The notes beneath the pieces were generated by a model. The model was not told the origin of the DNA, did no database searches, and was given only the letters and a program-made list of their open reading frames with translations. From NCBI GenBank assembly GCA_943350045.1, contig CALQZW010000002.1, forward strand, positions 1 through 36,744: DNA of 36,744 nt, given 5' to 3'. Of the stretch, positions 16,466-24,397 are shown in pieces; position 1 is the first letter of the stretch, and every line of letters begins with the position of its first letter. The position numbers were made by a program, and so were the translations under genes. Source of the DNA: Candidatus Nomurabacteria bacterium (lineage in GTDB: Bacteria > Patescibacteriota > Minisyncoccia > Phycocordibacterales > UBA9973).

Positions 16466-17986
16466 TTACATTCCTTTTATAATACGAATTTTAGCACCAA
16501 TTTCGTTGAGACGCTCGGCGATTTCTTCATATCCGCGAGTGATTGAATATACGTTGCGAAGCATGGATGTACCTTCGGCAGAGAGCATTGCAATGAGGAT
16601 GACTGCAGATGGGCGAAGTGCTGGTGGACACACAATCTGCGCTCCGCGAAGTTTCGATGGTCCTTCGATGAATGCACGGTGTGGATCTACGAGGCGAACA
16701 TTTGCTCCGAGTTTGTTGAGTTCAGTGAAATATATGGCGCGGTTTTCCCAGCTCCAGTCGTGAATGAGTGTCGTTCCTTTTGCCATCGTTGCGAGCGCTG
16801 CGAAAAATGGCAGGTTGTCGTTTTGTAGTCCTGGGAACGGAAGCGCGTGAAGTTTGTCGTTCGGTGCAACAAGTGTTGAAGGTTTTACCGTAATATCCAC
16901 GAGGCGAGTACGTCCGTTTTCAGAAAAATATTCCTTACTCACAGAGAGTTTTGCTCCCATGTGAAGAAGTTTTTCTACTTCGAGTTCGAGGAATTCGATA
17001 GGGCAGTGAGTGACGGTAAGTGTTGATTTTGTAATAAGGCCGGCAGAGAGAAAGAACATGGATTCGATAGGGTCTTCACTGTTCGTGTGTTCGACAGTCG
17101 TATCAATATGTCCTTTTCCGTGCACGGTGAGCGTTGTTGTTCCTATTCCTTCAATTTTTACACCCATTTTCTCAAGCAAGAAACACACATCTTGCACTTG
17201 GTAGTTTGGTGGGGCAAAACGGATCTGGCTGACTCCTTCGATTCCCGCCGCTGCGATTATCATATTGATAGCGCCTGTGTCGGAAGATTCATATAAAGGG
17301 AATGAAGCCGGCTTGAGTTTTCCGTGGCGGATATCGTAGGCCTGATCGAGTGTTGTGATCTTTACTCCGAACTTCTCAAGTCCGTATTTATGAGCGGCAA
17401 TAGTACGCTCTCCCATTTTACATCCTCCAGAATGCGGAAAGAAAAACGCATCGCTCCAGTGAATGAGGGCTCCAACGAAAGTAAATGAGCGGGTCTTTCT
17501 CGCAGACTCTAGATTCATTTTTGTGAAATCAAGCTTTTTGGGAGGTGTGATTTCAAGCGTGCTCTCGTCAAGCCAGCGAACTGCAACTCCAAGAGACTCC
17601 ATTATTTCTACGTAGCGATATACCTCTTCGATACGCGGAATACCGTGGAGAATAGTTTTTCCGTGGTTTACGAGCGAGGCGCAGAGCATGTTGATAGCTC
17701 CATTTTTTGAATAGTTTGTTGCAATTGAACCAGAGAGTTTTCGTCCACCTTCAATTTCAAAGTCGATGCTCTTTGAGAGGGAGAGAATCTGGCGACCAAG
17801 GATATCGCTAATTTTCGCAAGTTGAGTAACGGTAAGGTTTTGTTCGCCAGCTTCCATGCGGGCTACTGCACTCTGAGAAGTACTCAGTGCCTTTGCAAAC
17901 TCTGCCTGAGTCAGTCCGCGTTCTTCGCGTAAGTTTTTTATAAACGTTCCGATTTTTTCCTGGTCTTTGGAATGCTTTATGTTCAT
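16466..17986 (-). CDS. murA: XRE-type HTH domain fused to UDP-N-acetylglucosamine 1-carboxyvinyltransferase
   Basis: Residues about 10-70 form an HTH_XRE domain (RGLTQAEFAKALSTSQSAVARMEAGEQNLTVTQLAKI). The remainder has a MurA/EPSP-synthase fold and retains the catalytic Cys loop HSGGCKMGERT. It lies 5 nt upstream of tsaD on the same strand. Confidence 0.85.
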   Translation of the reverse strand: MNIKHSKDQEKIGTFIKNLREERGLTQAEFAKALSTSQSAVARMEAGEQNLTVTQLAKISDILGRQILSLSKSIDFEIEGGRKLSGSIATNYSKNGAINMLCASLVNHGKTILHGIPRIEEVYRYVEIMESLGVAVRWLDESTLEITPPKKLDFTKMNLESARKTRSFTFVGALIHWSDAFFFPHSGGCKMGERTIAAHKYGLEKFGVKITTLDQAYDIRHGKLKPASFPLYESSDTGAINMIIAAAGIEGVSQIRFAPPNYQVQDVCFLLEKMGVKIEGIGTTTLTVHGKGHIDTTVEHTNSEDPIESMFFLSAGLITKSTLTVTHCPIEFLELEVEKLLHMGAKLSVSKEYFSENGRTRLVDITVKPSTLVAPNDKLHALPFPGLQNDNLPFFAALATMAKGTTLIHDWSWENRAIYFTELNKLGANVRLVDPHRAFIEGPSKLRGAQIVCPPALRPSAVILIAMLSAEGTSMLRNVYSITRGYEEIAERLNEIGAKIRIIKGM

Positions 17987-18024
17987 ATTGTCTAGTATAT
18001 CATATATGATATACTAGACAATAT
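17985..18024. promoter_or_regulatory. 40-bp perfect palindrome: overlapping divergent promoters / candidate operator between murA and murB
   Basis: ATATTGTCTAGTATATCATA (17985-18004) is the exact reverse complement of TATGATATACTAGACAATAT (18005-18024). Each half carries TTGTCT, a 16 nt spacer, and TATACT with an extended -10 TG. Confidence 0.8.
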
Positions 18025-19059
18025 ATGGCACTACGCATTGAACACTCAGTTCCGCTCTCAACGCTCTCTACGTTTCGTATGGGAGGCGTTGCAAAAGAAG
18101 TTGTAACTATTTTTTCCGAAGATGACCTTGTGACACTTTTTGGATTATTAAAAACCGACAGAAAATGGTTTGTGCTAGGCGGTGGCTCGAATGTTATTTT
18201 CCCTGACGTTGATTGCGATGCGTTGATTATCCGCGTTGGTATTGAAGCAATCACTGTCGACGAGTCTGATACTGGTACGGTTGTGACTGCTGGAGCAGGT
18301 GCTTCGTGGGATGCGCTTGTTGCGTTTACTGTAACCGCCGGTCTCTCTGGACTCGAAGCTCTCTCGGCAATTCCGGGGTCTGTTGGAGCGACTCCAATAC
18401 AAAACGTTGGTGCGTATGGATGTGAGGTGAAAGATACGATAGTGTCCGTTCGTGCTTTCGATACAGTGCAGAAAGAGTTTGTGGAGTTTTCAAATACAGA
18501 ATGTCAGTTTGCATACCGAGACAGCGTGTTTAAACACGTCGCAAATCGATATATCATCACGGCAGTATCGTACAAGCTCACGAAAGAGAAACCAAAATCA
18601 CCACAGTATCCAGGCGTCTCTGAATATTTTGAGAAACGTGGAATCGCCGAACCAGATCTCTACGATATTCGCTCTGCGATTATCGCAATTCGTGGAACGA
18701 AACTTCCAGACCCTGCGCATATTGCTTCTGTCGGTTCTTTTTTTAAGAATCCGATTATTGAAAAGTCACAGGCAGAACTATTGAAAGAAAAATATCCGAC
18801 GCTCGCAGTATTTCCTGTTTCCGATTCACTTTCGAAGGTAGGAGCCGGTTCTCTTATAGATACTATGGGATGGAAAGGGAAGTCGTTTGGTTCAATTTCT
18901 ATCTATCCTCACAATGCCCTCGTACTTGTGAACGAAGGTGGAGCAACAAAGACCGAACTACAGAAAGTCGTAGATGCGATTACGTTTACTGTGAAAGAAA
19001 AATATGGAATTGAGCTTTCAGTGGAGCCTGAGTTTGTGAGTGAAGAGCTTTTGACATAA
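18025..19059 (+). CDS. murB: UDP-N-acetylenolpyruvoylglucosamine reductase
   Basis: 344-aa ORF with an FAD-binding N-terminal domain (TFRMGGVAKE, LGGGSNV), AGLSGLEALSAIPGSVGATPIQNVGAYG, and a C-terminal MurB domain (GSFFKNP). Confidence 0.9.
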   Translation: MALRIEHSVPLSTLSTFRMGGVAKEVVTIFSEDDLVTLFGLLKTDRKWFVLGGGSNVIFPDVDCDALIIRVGIEAITVDESDTGTVVTAGAGASWDALVAFTVTAGLSGLEALSAIPGSVGATPIQNVGAYGCEVKDTIVSVRAFDTVQKEFVEFSNTECQFAYRDSVFKHVANRYIITAVSYKLTKEKPKSPQYPGVSEYFEKRGIAEPDLYDIRSAIIAIRGTKLPDPAHIASVGSFFKNPIIEKSQAELLKEKYPTLAVFPVSDSLSKVGAGSLIDTMGWKGKSFGSISIYPHNALVLVNEGGATKTELQKVVDAITFTVKEKYGIELSVEPEFVSEELLT

Positions 19060-19079
19060 TATACTAAATATAGTATAAT
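19051..19079 (+). promoter_or_regulatory. consensus sigma70 promoter
   Basis: TTGACA (19051-19056), 17 nt spacer, TATAAT (19074-19079). It overlaps the murB stop codon and lies about 20 nt upstream of ATG 19100. Confidence 0.65.
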
Positions 19080-19099
19080 ATTTCAAAACACATATACAA

Positions 19100-19837
19100 A
19101 TGAATAAAATCGGAACAGTACTCGTCCTCTCCGCAATTCTTGTTGGCTTTGCCTGTTTACAGAATAAGGAAAAACCTAAAAAACTGTATGCAATTTATGA
19201 ATCCTACGACCAGCGTGAGCTCTCAAACAAAGAATCTCACAAGATTCTTGAAGATTATCCTGATACCTATGCAATTTTTTGCGAAGGTACAGTAAATGAC
19301 TTTGATTATGGAAGTGAAAAGTACTTCGGAGATTCAAAAGTAATACTTTTTAAAGAAAAACCACAGTGGGGTAGGTTTTCAAATAAAACCTTTCTGGACT
19401 ACATGTATGACAGTATCCCTGAGCGAAGTCACTCTCGTGATGTGGATACAGTTATTGCTTGGATTACACGAAACTCGTCTGTGATTGAGATCTCTCCAGA
19501 TCAGCCACTGTACGAAAACCCTGAGGCAGTGAAAATCAAAAAACTGTTTCAAGAGAAATTTACAGACACTGCCGTGCTGTCTCGTTTGCGATATGCGTAT
19601 GTAATTAATACGCGGTTTGAAAATGAGGTGATTAAAACACTGGCAAGCTATCCGAATGCGCAGGTAATACTCGGAGTAGCGCATGCGAGGGTAACAATGA
19701 TGCTCTGTCGCCATCACGGTTTTACTTTGGTAGATGTGAGGCATCCAGGAATGACTTATGAAATGTATGATTATTTTCTTCAGTCAGTCTTGGTAAAGTA
19801 TCTCGTTCTTGAAGATTCTGTGTACACTGCTCTCTAA
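19100..19837 (+). CDS. hypothetical lipoprotein/secreted protein
   Basis: 245-aa ORF with an N-terminal signal and a lipobox-like LVGFAC. I recognise no family. Confidence 0.6.
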   Translation: MNKIGTVLVLSAILVGFACLQNKEKPKKLYAIYESYDQRELSNKESHKILEDYPDTYAIFCEGTVNDFDYGSEKYFGDSKVILFKEKPQWGRFSNKTFLDYMYDSIPERSHSRDVDTVIAWITRNSSVIEISPDQPLYENPEAVKIKKLFQEKFTDTAVLSRLRYAYVINTRFENEVIKTLASYPNAQVILGVAHARVTMMLCRHHGFTLVDVRHPGMTYEMYDYFLQSVLVKYLVLEDSVYTAL

Positions 19838-19846
19838 TGCAGTGTA

Positions 19847-19886
19847 CAAAAACTCCTTGTGGAATATACCATGAGGAGTTTTTTGT
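19847..19886 (+). terminator. intrinsic terminator
   Basis: Stem AAACTCCT (19849-19856) / AGGAGTTT (19874-19881) with a 17-nt loop, followed by a T tail. Confidence 0.7.
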
Positions 19887-19925
19887 TGGCTAGTATATTT
19901 TAGCTTTACGATGTAAAGTAATAGC

Positions 19926-20417
19926 ATGATTACAAAACAACAGTTCATCGAAAGTCTTTGTGCTGAAATTGATATTATTCGCCACCTTGGAACAAAAATA
20001 GATGAGAATATGCTTTCATATCGCCCAAGTGAAAAACAGCGAACACTACTTGAGCTTATGAACTACCTCGGTCATATTTTTTCAACGGGAGTTACTGTAA
20101 ATATTGAAGGAAACACCAATCGCTACATGGAGATAGCGCAGTCTGCACCAGTGGTGACACTTGAGAATTTTGATTCTGTGATGAAAAACCAGAAAGAGTA
20201 TGTGGTTGAAAAAATTACAGGACTCACTGACGAACAGCTTGCAGAAGTTACTGATTTCTTTGGAGGAAAAGCTCCGCGTGCAATTCATATGTTTAACGTA
20301 ATGAAATGGGCCGTTGCGTATAAGATGCAACTATTTTTGTACATAAAGGCAAATGGGAATCACGACATTAGTACTGCAAATCTCTGGCGCGGAGTAGACA
20401 TGGCTCCTACGCAGTAA
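19926..20417 (+). CDS. DinB-superfamily-like (four-helix bundle) hypothetical protein
   Basis: 163-aa ORF. The pattern L.YRPSEKQRTLLELMNYLGHI resembles DinB/YfiT-type helical bundle proteins. The family call is tentative. Confidence 0.55.
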   Translation: MITKQQFIESLCAEIDIIRHLGTKIDENMLSYRPSEKQRTLLELMNYLGHIFSTGVTVNIEGNTNRYMEIAQSAPVVTLENFDSVMKNQKEYVVEKITGLTDEQLAEVTDFFGGKAPRAIHMFNVMKWAVAYKMQLFLYIKANGNHDISTANLWRGVDMAPTQ

Positions 20418-20422
20418 TACCT

Positions 20423-22162
20423 ATGAAAATCTTTTTACAGTACATAAAGAAATACTGGAAGCTCTGTCTTCTTACGCTTGTGTTGGCAACGATAAACCAA
20501 GTGTTTTCTTTACTTGATCCGTATATTTTTCGCCAGGTTATCGACCAATACGCAACACAGCCTGACTTGTACACACGACCAGAGTTCTTTCGCGGAGTCG
20601 GAGTACTTCTTTTGGCAATCGTAGGAGTTGCCTTTGTTTCTCGTACTGCTAAAAACTTTCAGGACTATTTCTTAAGCGGAGTTAGTCAGCGCGTTGGTGC
20701 CGACCTGTACCGTGATGGAATTTCGCACTCGCTCGCACTTCCGTACGAGAGTTTTGAGGACGAGAGAAGTGGCGAGACACTTGGTAAACTCCAGAAAGTT
20801 CGTCAGGATACTGAAAAACTTATTGCCTCACTGATCAATATTTTATTCGTTTCGCTCGTTGGGTTCGTATTTGTCGCCGTCTATGCAATCCATATCCACT
20901 GGAGTATTGCCGTTGCCTTTCTTGCAACGGTACCCTTGATTGCTGGAATGAGCCTGCTTCTTTCAAAGAAGATTAAGACAATTCAGAAAACGATTGTCGC
21001 AGAGACCACTGCGCTCGCTGGCTCGACAACAGAATCACTTCGCAATATCGAGCTTGTGAAAAGTCTTGGACTTGCAGATCAAGAGGTCAATCGTCTCAAT
21101 ACAACAACAGACAAAATCCTGACGCTTGAATTAAAAAAGCTTCGCTACCTTCGTAGCTTGTCTTTCATTCAAGGTACCGTCATTAATTTTGTGCGAACCT
21201 GTATTTTGTTTTTCCTCATGTACCTTATCTTTGCGAAGGTTATTTCTTTCGGTGAGTTCTTTTCTCTGTTCGTTTACTCATTCTATGTATTCGGACCACT
21301 CCAAGAGCTCGGTAGCGTGATTGCAACATATCGTGAAGCAGAGGCTTCGTTGGTAAACTTCGAAAAGCTCATGAACACTCCAAAAGAGTATGAAGCTGAA
21401 CATCCTGCTTCTATCGGAGCAGTCGAAACGCTCTCGTTTAAAGACGTTTCGTTTGGGTACAAGAGTGCTCAAGGTCTGGCTCTCGAAGGTATTTCATATA
21501 CCGTATCGCGAGGGGAGACAGTCGCCTTTGTTGGACCATCTGGTTCAGGTAAAACATCGCTCGTAAAGCTTTTAGTTGGACTCTACGCTCCAACGTCGGG
21601 AAGTATTCTGTATAATTCCATTGCTCATGACACAATTCGCAAGGACGAACTCAGAAAACAAATCGGATTTGTAACTCAGGATACTCAGCTCTTTGCGGGA
21701 ACAATTCGGGAGAATCTTCTTTTTGTTCAACCAAATGCAACAGATGAAGAATGTTTAGACGCATTGGAAAAAGCACAGTGTAACAATCTGCTTGCTCGTG
21801 GAGGAAATGGACTCGATACGGTAATCGGAGAAGGTGGAGTGAAAGTATCTGGTGGAGAAAAACAGCGCCTCTCTATCGCTCGCGCCTTACTTCGCAAGCC
21901 GAACGTCCTTGTCTTTGACGAGGCGACAAGCGCTCTGGATTCTCTCACCGAAGAGGAGATTGGGAAGACTATAAAAGACGTGTCTAAAGTGCGCTCGCAT
22001 ATTACGATTTTGATTGCACATAGACTCTCTACAATCATGCATGCCGATACGATTCATGTTCTTGAAAAAGGAAAAATTATTGAGTCTGGAGGGCACGAAG
22101 AACTCCTTGCTCTCAAGGGTCTGTATTTCGCAATGTGGCGTCAGCAGATTGGGGAGAGATAG
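20423..22162 (+). CDS. ABC transporter, fused permease/ATP-binding exporter (MsbA-like)
   Basis: 579-aa ORF with a six-helix N-terminal TMD, Walker A GPSGSGKTS, signature VSGGEKQRLSIARA, and Walker B VLVFDEATSALD. Confidence 0.9.
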   Translation: MKIFLQYIKKYWKLCLLTLVLATINQVFSLLDPYIFRQVIDQYATQPDLYTRPEFFRGVGVLLLAIVGVAFVSRTAKNFQDYFLSGVSQRVGADLYRDGISHSLALPYESFEDERSGETLGKLQKVRQDTEKLIASLINILFVSLVGFVFVAVYAIHIHWSIAVAFLATVPLIAGMSLLLSKKIKTIQKTIVAETTALAGSTTESLRNIELVKSLGLADQEVNRLNTTTDKILTLELKKLRYLRSLSFIQGTVINFVRTCILFFLMYLIFAKVISFGEFFSLFVYSFYVFGPLQELGSVIATYREAEASLVNFEKLMNTPKEYEAEHPASIGAVETLSFKDVSFGYKSAQGLALEGISYTVSRGETVAFVGPSGSGKTSLVKLLVGLYAPTSGSILYNSIAHDTIRKDELRKQIGFVTQDTQLFAGTIRENLLFVQPNATDEECLDALEKAQCNNLLARGGNGLDTVIGEGGVKVSGGEKQRLSIARALLRKPNVLVFDEATSALDSLTEEEIGKTIKDVSKVRSHITILIAHRLSTIMHADTIHVLEKGKIIESGGHEELLALKGLYFAMWRQQIGER

Positions 22163-22217
22163 CGATTGCACTTGCAGGATTTTTATAGTACGGTTGATGT
22201 AACAAAAAATCGTACAT

Positions 22218-22601
22218 ATGAAAAATAGAAAAAGAAAGGTTCGAATCGCAGATGCGGTAGGACTTATGGAATTGATAGGACTAGCACTGCTTTCTGCAGG
22301 ATTCTGGTTCGGAGTGGGTCAGGCTCAGGTTAGCGGCCTTGGAGCATTCATATCTGCTGTAGTTGTTATTACTTCAGCAGTAATCTCCGGATACACCTCA
22401 GTCTTTGCTGAAAAAAACGGCTGGTTTATAGCATTGAGTCTCGTGCCTGTTCTTGTTGTAGGGAATGCCTTCATCTGGCGTTTTTATGTAACTGAGTTTG
22501 AAGGAGGACTCCTTCTGCTAAAGTCATTTGCGATTTCATTGTGCGAGATGTTTGTTTCGTATTTTTATTTCAAAATGATTTTTAAAGAAAAAATGGTCTA
22601 A
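22218..22601 (+). CDS. hypothetical membrane protein (4 TM)
   Basis: 127-aa hydrophobic ORF. I recognise no family. Confidence 0.55.
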   Translation: MKNRKRKVRIADAVGLMELIGLALLSAGFWFGVGQAQVSGLGAFISAVVVITSAVISGYTSVFAEKNGWFIALSLVPVLVVGNAFIWRFYVTEFEGGLLLLKSFAISLCEMFVSYFYFKMIFKEKMV

Positions 22602-22608
22602 TTAAAAT

Positions 22609-22648
22609 GAAAGAGCTGAACGTATATGATACGTCCAGCTCTTTTTTA
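22609..22648. terminator. bidirectional intrinsic terminator
   Basis: Interrupted stem AGAGCTG-A-ACGTAT / ATACGT-C-CAGCTCT (22612-22641) with flanking A and T runs. It lies between convergent genes. Confidence 0.75.
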
Positions 22649-22948
22649 ATTGATTGGAATTGCAATATAGTGGGACTCCTTTACTCCAAGTGCGTAGTTG
22701 ACTCCTTTATGTTCAATGAAGTCATGCACAAGGAAATTAATTTCAACTGACTTGTCTTTGCCGAGAAGTATAACGTTTTCATAACCCCCGTTATCTGATC
22801 TTTTGAACGAAAGATCTATTTTTGCGTTAGATAAAATTTTCTCAGTTTGGAATGTTTGCCAAGAAGTATATCCCTCTGGGTAGTAGGTAGAAAATACTTC
22901 ATCTACTATGTAGTTTGTTCCGTTTCGCGTAATCGTTTTTGTGCTCAT
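22646..22948 (-). CDS. orphan small protein (100 aa, beta-rich)
   Basis: ORF with its own promoter, TTGCCA-16-TAATAT, on the minus strand (23013-22986). No recognisable family. It lies in the AT-rich accessory stretch. Confidence 0.5.
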   Translation of the reverse strand: MSTKTITRNGTNYIVDEVFSTYYPEGYTSWQTFQTEKILSNAKIDLSFKRSDNGGYENVILLGKDKSVEINFLVHDFIEHKGVNYALGVKESHYIAIPIN

Positions 22949-23015
22949 TGGTTATTTGCTTTTTAGTGAAGTTATATTTGAGTGCATATTACAATATCTG
23001 AGGATTTTGGCAATT

Positions 23016-23031
23016 AAAAAAAAGGGGGGGG
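23016..23031. repeat. A8G8 homopolymer tract
   Basis: AAAAAAAAGGGGGGGG, read directly from the sequence. It lies 3 nt upstream of the -35 box of the minus-strand promoter for 22646..22948. Confidence 0.9.
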
Positions 23032-23314
23032 TAATGTGTACACACATATGGCGGTTCCCTGTCGAATAAGGAAATAATAGTTCAATTTTTATCCTGTAAA
23101 TAACTCTGTTGCAAAAAATATAAATTCGCAAATATACCAGAAAACGCTATTTGTCAACGAGTATTTGACGTGGAGTTCGACATGTTACATAAATTGTATT
23201 CATGTACAAAAAACGCATTGTTACTTAGGAGATATCGATTTAGTATGTGTGTACTTAAGGGTTAACTTGTGAATTAATTCTTGAGTATTTATTAGAATAA
23301 TTACTGAAATACTT

Positions 23315-23482
23315 ATGCAAGATAATCAGGAGGGTTCATACAGCGCAGATGTTCGCTGTGATAATTGTGAAATGAATGGAATAATTAACATTCCTAAGGG
23401 GACAGAAATTGTACATCATGAGTGTCCTAAATGTGCTACTCAGAAACTTAAAAAGAATCATAAGCCGATATTTTTCGCATAG
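23315..23482 (+). CDS. small zinc-ribbon protein (55 aa), not in the ORF track
   Basis: The ATG 23315 to TAG 23480-23482 ORF reads MQDNQEGSYSADVRCDNCEMNGIINIPKGTEIVHHECPKCATQKLKKNHKPIFFA. It has two CxxC pairs 21 residues apart and is followed directly by a terminator. Confidence 0.5.
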   Translation: MQDNQEGSYSADVRCDNCEMNGIINIPKGTEIVHHECPKCATQKLKKNHKPIFFA

Positions 23483-23513
23483 TTTCGGTTTGCCGCTTTT
23501 TTCGTCAGTGTTT

Positions 23514-23547
23514 AAAAAATACAGGTCAAGAAGACCTGTATTTTTTG
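23514..23547 (+). terminator. intrinsic terminator
   Basis: Stem TACAGGTC (23520-23527) / GACCTGTA (23533-23540), loop AAGAA, then T6. Confidence 0.75.
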
Positions 23548-23717
23548 TGCGCGATAGAGGATTCGGCTATTACATAGCCAGGTACTTTTCGATTTCGCTC
23601 CGCTCAATAACGAAAAGTCTTTCGAATCCTCACAGAGCGACGCAGGTCGCTCTGCCGATCTTGGTCACGACCCAAAAGAAAAACACGGCGCAAGGCCGAG
23701 TCTTTCTTTTGGGTGTG
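23548..23717. repeat. 168-170-bp direct repeat R1 (tRNA-Val 3'-end copy + structured 150-nt module)
   Basis: It starts with TGCGCGATAGAGGATTCG, the reverse complement of tRNA-Val positions 56-73. The rest matches 25561-25728 apart from four substitutions and one 2-nt indel. Confidence 0.9.
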
Positions 23718-23805
23718 AGGGAAGAATTCTTACCCCGAACTCAAAAATATGGACTAAATTCCCGTTTATCTTTGTTTTTAATAATCTAAGTATAAGGAAG
23801 ATAAA

Positions 23806-23841
23806 TAATAAAAGGTCTAATTGATTATTCAATTAGACCTT
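23806..23841 (-). terminator. intrinsic terminator of the 114-aa gene
   Basis: 12-bp perfect stem AGGTCTAATTGA (23813-23824) / TCAATTAGACCT (23829-23840), with a T-run following on the minus strand. Confidence 0.75.
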
Positions 23842-23862
23842 CTTGTTCTTTGCTGCAGAATT

Positions 23863-24207
23863 TTATATTAGTTGGATTGTTCCTCTGTATAACATAATGC
23901 TTTTTATTTCCTTGTTATCACCTTTGTAAAAATACGATTCTTGCTTTAATTTAGTATCACCAGTTCTAGTAATCGAGATATGGTATCCTCCATCAGAAAA
24001 TACTGATACTTGTACTTGACGCCCACCTTGACCAAAAGTAACTGGAGGAAAGGAGAGCTGTCCTTTGTCTGATGTAAAACTTGTTATTACGAAAAATAAT
24101 GAGTAGGGAATTTCATCACCAGAGTGATAAAAAGTAACTTTCATATTTTTTCCTAAAAGTTCTTCTACCTTAGTTATTCCAAGGAAGGTTAAGATTTTCT
24201 TATTCAT
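23863..24207 (-). CDS. orphan small protein P114 (paralog of 33703..34074)
   Basis: 114-aa ORF. It shares LG(I).....LLG+.+.+.F+H, G.YHI and a C-terminal RG...(L/I)(I/L) with the 123-aa ORF at 33703..34074. No known family. Confidence 0.6.
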   Translation of the reverse strand: MNKKILTFLGITKVEELLGKNMKVTFYHSGDEIPYSLFFVITSFTSDKGQLSFPPVTFGQGGRQVQVSVFSDGGYHISITRTGDTKLKQESYFYKGDNKEIKSIMLYRGTIQLI

Positions 24208-24312
24208 GATCGGTATATTTAATTGTTAGATATTGAGTTATCTCTATGTCGGAGAACGGCGCAGAGATAACCCAACAAATTACAATCTGAATATCAAAAA
24301 ACTATTATCACT

Positions 24313-24340
24313 ATAATAGCATAAATATATATTTCGTCAA
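24313..24340 (-). promoter_or_regulatory. promoter of P114 cassette
   Basis: Minus strand: TTGACG (24340-24335), 16 nt spacer, TATTAT (24318-24313). The roughly 100-nt 5' UTR contains the hairpin GTTATCTCT/AGAGATAAC (24237-24271). Confidence 0.5.
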
Positions 24341-24361
24341 TACATACATCACCGTAGACTA

Positions 24362-24391
24362 TTGACAGTTATACATATAATGTGATATAAT
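24362..24391 (+). promoter_or_regulatory. near-consensus sigma70 promoter
   Basis: TTGACA (24362-24367), 18 nt spacer, TATAAT (24386-24391) preceded by an extended -10 TG (24383-24384). Confidence 0.65.
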
Positions 24392-24397
24392 GTAAAT

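Noticed and set aside
23409-23789. 126-aa ORF, and its twin at 25459..25788 (109 aa), which share the peptide DRGFGYYIARYFSISLRSITKSLSNPHRATQVAL...
   Set aside because: The shared peptide is just the translation of the R1/R2 DNA repeat. The two ORFs have unrelated N-termini and starts. One runs through the complement of the tRNA-Val gene. Three of the four nucleotide differences between the copies are non-synonymous. The region is better explained by nucleic-acid structure.
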